DNA of 63,942 bases, counting the filler, from Pelomyxa schiedti (Eukaryota > Protista > Evosea), in assembly GCA_020536535.1 (NCBI GenBank). It is 11 parts of 11 records of this genome, joined end to end, with 100 filler letters (N's around TTAATTAATTAA, not from the genome) between each part and the next. Parts side by side here need not be neighbours in the genome. Positions count along the whole stretch, not along the records: positions 25,518 to 37,091 come from JAHLWZ010001236.1; 10 more parts are not named here. One strand, written 5' to 3'. The notes beneath the pieces are model-generated. The model was not told the DNA's origin. It saw nothing but the letters and a program-made list of their open reading frames with translations, and ran no database searches. Of this stretch, positions 25,518 to 37,191 are shown in pieces; within the stretch, counting starts at the first letter, position 1, and each line of letters begins with the position of its first letter. The position numbers were made by a program, and so were the translations under genes.

Positions 25518-26199
25518 AAACGCCAATATAAGCCAATAAAACAACAAATAAATAAATACAAACGAAATGAATAAGCAGAGTTGTTCTGATAATACATAGC
25601 TTTGGATGCTTTGAATTCAAATTCATATCTGGCATTCCCGCGTTCGTGTGCCGGAGTCCATCATTTCCACGCTAATCCTTTTTGCAAGATGAACGAATCC
25701 TAATACCCAGAATATTCACAAAAATCGTCGGTGCCGATTAGATGGCAGCTTGACACCTGACCATCAAATATGTTGTTGGTTAGGCAGCGATGATAAGAGA
25801 ACAAAAAAAAAAGCACACCGAATTCCTTGATTGATGTGTACATGCATTTTTCACTCGAGCATGCACTCAACGCACCACCGGTTTTTAACAGTACAACCGG
25901 TGTTGTATGTTTTGCGGTGGTCCAACTTGTGGGTGTTTCCCTTGCCAGCGGCCACGACGAGACCCGGCTCGTTGGTGTTGGTACACGATCCTTGACGCGA
26001 ACTTCGCTTCCACTTTCGCCCCAAAATAGTGGTGCTGCTGTCGTCGGTCGTCGGTCGTCTTCGCGTGTGATCGTTTCTCCGGAATTGAAACGGTTCGAAT
26101 CTGGAGCGAATGTTCCTCCCAGGAGAGGCTGTTCCCAACCCCACAATTACTTGTGGGGAAGTTCTTCTGAGGTGTCACCCGTTTCCAGGGAGGATTTTC

Positions 26200-29013
26200 C
26201 TTGTCGAACGAACGAAGCAATCAAAAAAAACAAGACACGAGACACGACGAACACGGGAGCTACCGGCTCCGAAAAGCCGACGGATGGTACAACAACTCCG
26301 CGAGTAGCGAGCAACAAGGGACCCGGAGGACGCGCGAGGAGGCGGGGGTGACAAGGACCGGGGGATCGCCCACCGAGAGAGGCATCGGTACAGGGACAAG
26401 CACCCCCATGCCCACGAAAAGACCAAGGCGAAGGTGAAGGTGAGGGAGAGGGACAGGGACAACAAGGCGATGGAGAGGGACAGGGAGAGGGAGAGGGAGA
26501 GGGGGCGGGACAAAGACCCCAGGGGGGCCACCACCAGCAGAGGAGGGAAAAGACAGGGACAGGGAGAGGGGCAGGGACCGCGATAAGGACAGCAGGGGGG
26601 GGGATACGTCCAGGCCCGCGGCCGATGGGGGGGAGGAGTTCCAGGGCGACTTCCATGCTGATTTGTCCGCGGAGGAAACAAACAAGATCAGGGCCAAGCT
26701 GGGCATGACCCCGTTGGATACCACCTCCAAGCCCAAAACCACCAGGGATCTCCGGTTCTGGAGTTGCTGATGTGGTTGTTGTGAGAAACACGAGCATTGC
26801 AGTGGGTGTGGCAAAACGAGTTGATGCACAAAGAAGACGAGGTTGCGCCGAGAGTGAATGAAAAACTCAGGGCAAGTGCAACGTCGCTCTCTGAGTCCCT
26901 GAAGAAAGAAAGTCCTCTCGATGCCTTGGAGTGGATGGATAAAAAAGCAACGAGAATTGGCGCAAAAGAAAGGCTGCACAGTTGAATCAACAGGATGACA
27001 AAGCAATCGAGGGGGAGAAGAAAGATGCCACATACTCCTCGAAAGAACTGCAAAGAATTCAGGTACAACCAATTAATTCTTCAGTGAGAGTTATTTCTCA
27101 CCTCGCCTCATCTCAGGTTTCACACGATCTCAGATCCCAGCTTCAAAGAAGGACAACAGGTCATCCTCACCCTTGCTGATGCCCCTATTTTGGGATGATG
27201 TTGGCAATCAAGATCGACCCCTATAGCTTCTGATTACTACACCAGTGAAGAAATTGCCAAGTTCCGAAAACCGAAGAAAACTTCCAGCAATGGCTGCAAG
27301 AAGAAAGAAAATCAAAGTCAAAGAAGAGCCGCCTTCTCCCACAACAGAAAAGACTCCTCCTCCAGCACCATCCAAATCGTCATCAACTACAGCTGAAAGA
27401 GATGCGGAGATTGCTGCCGCTGTTGCCGGTGTTCACAGCAGCAGTCGGGACCATGGAAGCCACAGGAAAAGATCAGAACAAGCACTGCGTGCCATACGGG
27501 AGGATGAAAGAATTGAACAAGAGGAAAGGGACAAGGCCTACACCCGTGCTGTAAACAAAGCAGAGCAGGAAGCAAAAATTAAGTTGCAACAATATAATAT
27601 GCTGCTTTCAGACAGCAGAGATAAAGGGGATGTTGGGATGGCCCAAGGAGTTGAAGAGGGGGAGGAATTAGAGAAAGGTGGGGAAAAGGACGATGATGTT
27701 GTGGAAGATGATGGGTGATTTATTTGAGTCTATCATGAGAGCAAGACAACTCAAGTTCACAGAATCCAAGAAGCTCCCACGTTCCGGAACAGATATTGTG
27801 GACCGTGTTGGAATTAAAGTCGAGAGTGAGAGCGTTCCTGCCAATTCCCCCCTCACATCGGACTTGGTTCTCACCCAAATTGGGGAATTTTGCAGAAGTA
27901 TGCCGGCTTCTGCTGTAAAGCCTGAAGAGCCGGCGGCAGAAGAGGTTACAAGTACCACACAAACCACTGCCACTGCAACTACAACTACAACTACGAGTAC
28001 AACAACCACATCATCACCATCATCATTATCATCATCATCATCATCACCATCACCATCATCATCATCATAAATCCCAAAGACTTCAGTACAAGAGCCAGTG
28101 GTTGTGAAAATGGAAGAAGAACCCGACACAGAGAAGCCACAGGATCTTCAGAGTAGGTGGAAGACTGTTGTTGATGGAGGTGAACAGGAATTCTTCTCCC
28201 TCTTTTTTGTCATTTTCTTCAAGAGGATGAGCCGCTTGTTTCATCAGGTGTTGGTGTCACTATACGAATGCTTCAACGACGAGGTGTTGCAGCAGAGGAG
28301 CACGATCTTGTGAACTATGCCGGCAGAGCTAAAGATCACGTTTTGACACTTACCAAAACAGATGACCCTGCTCCCAAGATCAGACTAGAATACACAGATG
28401 AATTCGGTGTGTTTCCCACCACTTTTCTTCATCCATCCCAAACTAATTTCCCACAAGGCCGTGTACTTAACCTCAAAGAAGCTTTCAGGCACCTCTCCTA
28501 CAAGTTCCACAGCAAATGCCCCGGCAGAACAAGCTGGACAAGGCACTCCGCAAATACCAGGTATTCAATCCACTCAACCGCATCACCGCAATTCCATTCC
28601 ACTCAACCAATTACAATTACCAATGGCACAGCCGCATCACAGCACTCCGCACTGCACCGCACCGCACCGCACCGCATCAAATTACATTGCATCACCACAA
28701 CTCACAAGACACAACAAATTACTGATTGGCAATTTCAGGAAGAACTTGCCCGCAAACGCAGCAGCTCCACAGACACACCCCTGGCCTCTGTGGACGCCAT
28801 GCGCCGCGTGCAGCGTGCGTCGCACCAGCCACACATCGTGCTGAGCGGCCCCGGCATGAAGGACCAGCTGCCCCTCGGCGTCGCCATCGAGGCCCAGGAC
28901 TCCGCCGCCGCCGCAAGCGCCAGCGCCGCCGGAGCCGGCAAGAAGAGGAAGAAGATATCACCATCGTCCAGTCCACAAAGAAGAAGAAGTCCAAACCCAA
29001 TCCATACACATAA
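26200..29013 (+). pseudogene. SART1: SART1/Snu66 (U4/U6.U5 tri-snRNP protein) with multiple frameshifts
   Basis: HIND motif [64 protein letters not shown]; frame breaks near 26945, 27130 and 28525. Confidence 0.8.
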
Positions 29014-29139
29014 CCACTGCCCAACCCCTGGAACCAAACAAACTCTCGTTATTCGTTTTTCCCTGTTTCTCCGTTGCTGTGCCAGGAGACGTGACGTGTG
29101 ACAAACAGAGTGTAGCTCTGTTTGCGGAACAGTGGATTA

Positions 29140-30550
29140 GTTGCAACAACATAGAGTGACGCGTCGTCGTCTCACTGTACTCGAAGGACTTTGTGCTGGT
29201 ATGACCTGTGTGTGTGTACTTGCACTTGGTCCCGTTTTATTTGTGCTCAATGTAAATGTGTGTGAAACACTACTTTTATCCCACTGGAGGACACCTGAAT
29301 GTGGCACAGGAACTTGTGGACCCGAGGGCTTCTTCTTACTTCAAGTCACTGAGGTGGCCTAGAGACAACCTTGATGTGGCTGATTCAATCAGAGAAATGA
29401 GCGAGACATGCCACAGCGTGTTGTTTGAGGCTTGCTGGGGTGGGAGCTTGGAAACTGTCAAGTGGGTGATGTCGAGGTTCAGCCGCGTTGGCGCTGAGGA
29501 CTGGGAACTCGTCTCTCGTGCTGTGAGACGGGGTCCTGTTTACATTGTGAAGTGGTTATCATCCACAACTTGCTGACACAGGAGGACCTCTTTGGCAGCG
29601 CGAGTGTGGAGGTTGTGAAGATGTGCATGGAGTGGTTTATTGGTGCAGACAGAATTCCAGCTTTGGGGTGTGGAATTCTTCGCAAATACATGGAGCTGGC
29701 ACAGCAGAGGAACGACATCGGGGTGCCAATGGATCAAGGGTACTTTTGGGGTTCCAATTGATGCCCGCTTGTTGAGTGTCAGGAGTTCCAAAGGTTTCAA
29801 GTGGGTGTTGAGTAATTTGACATCAGAGCCAACCAAGTCAGAGCTGAACAACCAGAGAAGAGGAGAAGAAGATCTTCAAGAATGTCTTGTTCAGGCACTC
29901 TCAGTGAACAACACATCAGTTGCCGAACTGTGGTTGGAACGTGTATTCCATGTGATGGAGAATGATGCTGTGAACACTGAGGAAACTTTGTTGAAAATCC
30001 GTGGTGGAAACCCTGGTTATCGTGGCACTCAATGGTTCCTTTCTCATGAAAAAGTGGGCAACATCAGTGCAAAAACTGTGACTCTTCTTCAGAAAAAGCC
30101 ACATGAGTTTGGGGCATTGCTGGACACCTTCCCTGCAACCAGGTGTTACAGAGTGTACACAGTGACCTGTGCTGTGGAAGCGTGGAGCCTTGCTGAGAAT
30201 CCTGACTGAGGGCAACAAAGTGAGATGCTCTGAGTGGCTGATCTGCACGTTTAAGATTACTTTGGACGAGGTACGCTGTTCCACATCATCACACCCGCCA
30301 CTCATCACAATTCATTCCCCCCTCTTTTTTGCAGGTGACCCCCATGCTTAAAACATTGCAGACAACAACCAAAGTAAGTGCCAATGTGGAAGATGCTGCT
30401 GCGTGTGTTTCCTGAAATTACAGCCGAGTTTGCCAAGGAGCACTTCATGCCGTTCGTTTTCATGTCACCACTCCACACCACTGTATCCATTCACAGTCTG
30501 GGACTCACAAAGCACGACACACTTGCCAGGAGGAAGGAGGCTTGAATGAA
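29140..30550 (+). pseudogene. Degenerate ankyrin-like repeat family gene
   Basis: GGHLNVAQELV and LFEACWGGSLETVKWVMSRF motifs split over several frames. Confidence 0.5.
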
Positions 30551-32978
30551 AAAACTTTGTGGGGGCTGGGTTTTGTTCTGAACGTCGTGTGTGACCATGC
30601 TTTTGTTGTTGGTGGGAGAAAAACGAGGGGTGTGGCCTCGATCAAGGTGGTGTTTACAGCCTTGTTTGGGTGTTCTACAATCACAGCAACACAGTTTCTT
30701 GGTCACTGACCATGTTAGTATTGTACCCCAAGTAAAATAATAGAGAATAAATTTCATTCACGAAAACCTCTCGAAGTAAAAACACCCAACAAAGCAGTGT
30801 CATTGTGTTGCGGTTCCTCCGCGTGACAAAGAAACTAGGTCATCTTCTGGAACTCTGCGTACGGTGCCGTGGCTCCGACTTCACCCTTTTTTTTACCAGT
30901 GCACTCGGAATCAGCGAACCAACGATCAAAAAAAAAAAAAACACAGTGCGTGCACACGCGCTGCGTGTCGGTGCGTGAGGTAAAGGTGTTGCCATTGTTT
31001 TCGCGTCGTCCCTATGCCGCGTAGTTCCAGACTCGCCTCCACGACGACGTTGCCACCTCGCTCCCGACGTAACCCGCCTCACTTACTACTTCGTAGGCTG
31101 GCGGGCACGATGACACCGGCCGGACAAACACCTTGTGTAACGATTGATGGATGAATCGCGGTCTGGCATTCTCTCGAATTCCTCAGGTAGTTCTCCTCAT
31201 GACACACTTCTAAGCTTCTTCTGGCCTTTGAAGCTTGATTGTCCCATCTCGGCATCATTTGCACACTGGGCGGTTCAGAATTACTTAAAGACATAACCAG
31301 ACCCTTCCAAGGTTTAGAACAGTTGTTCTTTAAAATACAACTTAGTCATTTCTCTAGAGAAACCCCATTCCCACATCTCTTCCTGTGCCCTTGTTCAACA
31401 AGAATTTGCCATTTTCGGTGCAGTGAACCAGTACTTCAACACATTAACTGCTAACAAAACGCAGATATATTCAATCAGATGTGGTGGGCCAGCAGCAGCG
31501 ATGTTTTAGCACCATGTTGGCACTATTCCCAATAAACATGGTGCTGAACATTGGCTTTGGTTTTACTGACTCAACTCCCAGTTCAAGGAATCATCCAATT
31601 GCAGAACCATTTCCACATGGTGACTTGGTGCAGATTCTTCAGGCTAGTTAATGCCATTCTCTTCAGAGATTCCACACTGACTTTGTGCCAGATTCTGGTC
31701 TATAAAATAGCTATTAATATATTATTGTCACTCTTCCGAAAATCCCTTTGAGCTCAGCAATTCCCACTCGGAAAAAGACATATCTATCAGGTAAAACCTG
31801 AAAATTTCTATGTGTTTCAACGGCGTTAACTGGTTAATAAAACACTCAATAAATACAATGCATAGGCACAGTTGGTCTAATAATACACAGCTTTAGATAA
31901 TTTAAATCTAGCATTGCCGCCTTTGTCATTTCGGAAATATTTGCCGGCTATTAGATGCCCCATCATTTCCACACTGGATTGAGCGAGCATTGGTAACAAC
32001 TTGCTTGTTGTCATACAACCTAACTCAGTGGCCAGATAAATACCCCAAAGTTTACTTACTCATCCTTGTTATGGCGTAATACACATTTAATAAAACGCAA
32101 CCACAAACCCACAAAAAACAGCAAATCATTTTGAACAGCAACAGCAAGTGACAGCCAACAAACAACATACAACAAGGAGCGTTCATGCAGATGTGGGTGT
32201 GAGTGTGGGTTTCCCATTTTTTAGCCCGTGCTCCATCCATTATTGCACAGCGGTCCCGCTGTGTTGGTACCACAGTAGGCTAGAACCCAACAGGAATCTT
32301 TTTCTGGGTGGCAGTAGTCGACGGCACCAGCTAAAAATCGGGAAACCGTTCCCATAAGTACTGTGACCCAGAAAAACCAGCTGGTTAGTGGTAACAGTCT
32401 GGCACATTCTTCTGGGATCACCCCAACAAAGGCTGCAACGAACATTGCATTGATCTGATATAAGACCCCATCTTTGGCATTCAATCAGTGTCTCAATGAC
32501 TCTTGACCTTTATTGGCTTTAAAAACACACAGTTAATTTTCCAAAGTTTTTGTTCATTGCAGCCAAAGCGTGCCCGGAGCCCCCAGTGGGAGGACCGAGA
32601 GGAGCCACGGCGGAGAGGGAACGGGTGTAAAACAGACAAAGAAGTATTCGGTGGAGCAGGGCAAAGCGGCGGAGGTGGACTGTGCTCCCCGGTGCCAACT
32701 GGCGCCACCGAAAAAACTCCGTAAAAAAATAAAAATACGGGGCGGAGCAGCAAGCCCTTGCACCAAGAGGCTCGGGCAGCCAAAGCAAAACAGAACGGGG
32801 TGCACTGATAAGGGGTGTGCAAAACATGAAAAAACAACCAAATTTCATTCCTGTTAGGCACCCCAGAACAAGTGGATTGTGCTGTGCAACGCAAAGAGAT
32901 ATATTTCACTCAAAAGTATTGTACCATAGAACAGCAACTATTCTGGACATACCATCCAAAGGCTACAGGCATGCATAC

Positions 32979-34933
32979 TGTGTGCTTCTGTGGGATGTGT
33001 AGTTTGTTGTGTGACAGCAAAGCAGAGAACAAGAATGAGATCAAAAAAGAGATTCTATTATTTGTTTGGTTTGTTGTTTGTTTTAATTTGTGGGATTAGG
33101 TCATGATTCTAAGGTTGGAGTGTGTCAGGCTTATAAGGACTCGAAAACGACTTGAAATCGAGGTGAATGATCAGGTAGATTTCCATGAACTTGATTTCCT
33201 AAGATGTCAGGTCCAAGTGCTGACTCAGCAGGTCAGTCTCTCAGTCTTGGTGTTTGTGCTCATGCCTGCAGAGAGTTTGCTTGTGTATTCTACTGAAGAA
33301 TGACAACAACTCCATGCAACACCAGACATGAACCGAGCCGACTCACAGTGAATGGAACACTGTAGCACTACTTTTCGTTTTCGCTTTTTCAGAAGAACTG
33401 ATCTCTGATCTCAAGATAGTTGGCTATGAGCATCACAGACCTCTTGTGGGGTTTTGGCTGTTTCCCAGGTCCATGCTATGCATGAAATTCGTTTTGATGT
33501 CTCAGTATGCATGAATGAATGATGTCTGAGTCTAATTAAATGCAGGTGTTGGATTTGATTCGTCCAGCATGCTGTGTGATGAAGATTATGCTGGGTGATT
33601 TGCAGGGTATTGGAGTACAATGTGGATTTGATGAGGTATGCCAGTGTTGTGATCTCTGCCCTGGGTAATCCTACAGGGGAACAAAGTGCGTGCGTTTTTT
33701 CCCATTATCACGTCCTGTAGGCCAACTAACAATGAGGTCTAACATAGATAAGTCCTGGCCATGATAGCTGTGACATCACGAGATGTCAGTGAGCTTCCAT
33801 GAAGGCACGCCTCACTGTGTTCCTGAGGGCACCCTTCCCTAAGGTTGACACAGTGTGACATAGTAATTCCATTACTAATGATATCTCAGATAGTCACACA
33901 ATCCAGAGGGTTCTGCAATCCCGGGGCAGAAATGTGAAACGTAGGTTCAGGTAATCTTTACTTGTAAATTCGAATTGACTAACAAATCATTTAGGGTTGA
34001 TGAACCGATTCTATGATAATTCTGAGTGTGGAAATTGGTACTTAGCTTTGATCAGTGTGCACAGACAGAGTGCAACCAAAACATTGGGTATGCATTCCTC
34101 ACTTCAAAATAATGTTTACCATGTCTATTTCGAAAATTTCTATGTCATAGAGTGAAATTCAATAATCCCAACAGAATTAACTGCTTAACATAATGTAAAT
34201 ACAAGCCAATAAACCAATAAATACAACCAAAATGAATAAATAGAGTGGTAATAATTCTACATAGCTTGGACAATTTCCGAAATTCAATTCTGCATCTCTA
34301 GCATTCCTGTGTTTGTAAGAACGTTTGCTGGATGTTGTATGCATGATTCCCGTCATTTCCGTACTAATCCTGTTGCAGGATGCATGCTGCCAGTGCTGGA
34401 AATGTACACTTCAGTGCCGGTAATATCCTCAAAAATGCTGGTTGAGTGCAATTCCACATGATCACAACCAGTGTACGCGTTGTAGTAGTGCTCGTGTGCA
34501 GTGATGGTGATGTCCAGGAAGTTGTTCTGGATGTGTGGCGTGTCGAGTGCAAGATGCAATCTCAGAGATCATGTAGTGCTGGTACAAGAGTGTGTTGTGC
34601 TTGAATGACATGCTGTGGAGCTCAGAGTTCAGCTCGAGGGTCTGGATCCTCAGTGAGGTACTAGTGCTTGTTGTGCATGAATCTCGTTGTTGTAGTGCAT
34701 GTATCCATGGTTGTCGTCGTAATAGTGCTTGAGAGTCAACACTGCCAAACCTCCACCAAAATGTGTGCTTCTGTGGGATGTGTAGTTCGTTGTGTGACAG
34801 CAAAGCAGATGATTCTAAGGTTGGAGTGTGTCAGGCTTATAAGGACTCGAAAACGACTTGAAATCGAGGTGAACGATCAGGTAGATTTCCACGAACTTGA
34901 TTTCCTAAGATGTCAGGTCTGAGTGCTGACTCA
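32979..34933 (+). repeat. Direct repeat pair: 32979-33227 (with ~77-bp insertion) and 34762-34933
   Basis: Shared TGTGTGCTTCTGTGGGATG... and ATGATTCTAAGGTTGGAG...GTGCTGACTCA. Confidence 0.9.
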
Positions 34934-37191
34934 ATCCTCATGACACCTGTGTATCTGAGTTAACATGCTGGCTAGAATTGCATAACATACAAACCTGCAG
35001 AAATTTCTGTGCAATCAGGCAGCTTTCACACAAGCCTGGTATCAGCAGCAACTCTGCTCTGGCCACCAGAGCATTTTCTGCACAGAAAATCACTGGTCTG
35101 ATACACTGGAAACTCTATCTGGAACTTGGAAGGCATCCAAGTCATTTGGTATTCAAGTATTCTCTGTTAGGTGAATTATGGTTATTGGTTCAGCAATACT
35201 TCTGCAAGGCTTTGCACATCATTTTGAGGCTTCTGCAATGGAATTAGCCATCTGGAGACACCAGGAAGGCATACCTGGATGCAGAAACAACCTGCAAGCA
35301 AGTCTAAGCTCAACAAGTTCACTGCAAAATTGGGAACTCACTGGCAATGCTGCATTTCGGCCCTGCAGGCATCTTTGGTGTACCTTCACTCAAGTTACTA
35401 CCTGCTGTTACCATAGTGTAGTAATCCGGGGCCTTCTAAGCAATAAAGAGGGATAACTTTGGGTATTGTCCACCTACAGGTGCTAACTGACGTCACAGCT
35501 ATCATGCTATTCCAGATGTTAGATCTCTTGACTCTTGAGCCAGGTTGGGTCCTCAGTCTAGAGTCTAGTCAATCCTACTACCATCACAGTGTTTCACAAT
35601 CGTAACGATTTACATGAAATCGATGAGGATTAGATCTGATTCGACATTGCCAATGAGCATTTCCAGCATACAACCATTCTCATTTTCGATATTGTTACGA
35701 TGCTTCAAACTGAGCTCGTAAGACTCGCACCTGATCCCAGCACACAAGATACCTGAGCTGGCCAAGCAGACTGAATTGTCTCTGACTCCCACACACTACG
35801 CACTGATCAACAACAACTCACACAGATCGTATTCAACAATACTGAGGCAATTATGGTGCAACTCTTTCTCACACACAAACACACTTTCTGAAAGAAATCC
35901 TGGACATAATACATGACCAAGGTCATGACACTGTTGCCTAGATGCCACAACCACTACGTTGGCACCAAGGCATCGCATCATCACACCATCAAATATTTTT
36001 CAATTGATTGAAAAGAAATCATGTTCAAAAAAACATCAAGTGCAAGTCTCGAGTGGAAAAGTCTTCATGATGGCGATATTTACAATACGGGGCAGCAAAG
36101 GCAGAGAGGCATGCCGGAAACCAGCATAAATCATCCAAGAACAGCACTAATTCCACGATGAGTACGGAAGATGGTCCAAAGCCTTGAGGTAGCTAGCCTT
36201 GTCGAAATATCATGGCGGAAGTGAGATAGCATCATGGTGGAAGAGCAAGCAAGTGGTTATGGTCGACTGGAGGGCTAGAAGCTTGTGAGGCTGGGGCACA
36301 GTGTATTGGGATTGCGGAGGCATAAAAAGATACAAGAATTCACAAGCAGCATAAAACTCTGTGTAGAGCTAGCCATTTATTCTGTAAATTAATTTACACA
36401 CTATTAAAACTGCAATTCAAACCATAATGGCTTCAAATATTCGCGTTAATCTGCTTGAAAGTCATAATTCATTCACGATTGTGCTTCACTTTTTACCAAG
36501 CAGAGATATCTTGTTGCGAGTTGAACTCACAGTTGCCGCCTTGTTATTGCCCATGAGAAATGACGGCATTTCTTATGCCTTGGGTGGATCATGGGGCATA
36601 CAGGAGCGAGGCGTGTCCCTGTGGCAGAACCCAGCCTTGCACTTTTGCTGGACTGTCACACCCTTATTTATTCTCATTGAGACCTCACACATCTTTTCCC
36701 TGCAAGATGTAAATACTTCCAAAAATGGAGAAGTGCACACATATCCTTGCAGAGGACCCAGCAGCTCCCCCATATCATATCATAAATTCGGGCAAAAAAA
36801 AGTATGGGAGTTCATGAATGCTGGACATACATATTGCTTCTGAGGTCACCCTGTCATCTGTGGGGACACAGTAAACAGGGAGAAAACGAAAGGTCACCCA
36901 ACCAAACAAAATAGTTGCCCACAAGAGAGAAATAGCATCAACTGTCAAAAAAAAAAGAGAAAACAAGAGTAATCAAAAGCAAGCCTTCAGAGTGTTCTTT
37001 TTGAAGTGAGGAAGGCTACAATATGGATAACTACCTTTTTGAGAACTTGGAGACAGCTTTATATTGGCATTGCCTACGAGCTCTTACAGGCNNNNNNNNN
37101 NNNNNNNNNNNNNNNNNNNNNNNNNNNNNNNNNNNTTAATTAATTAANNNNNNNNNNNNNNNNNNNNNNNNNNNNNNNNNNNNNNNNNNNN

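Noticed and set aside
26075-26110. GGTTCGAATC B-box as possible tRNA
   Set aside because: No A-box or cloverleaf; only a short CTCCGGA/TCTGGAG hairpin
22065-29013. U2 and SART1 as a spliceosomal gene cluster
   Set aside because: They are on different contigs separated by an artificial linker
33735-35527. Short inverted match CATGATAGCTGTGAC (~33760 versus ~35491-35505) as transposon TIRs
   Set aside because: Only ~15 bp exact, with no TSD or transposase ORF visible
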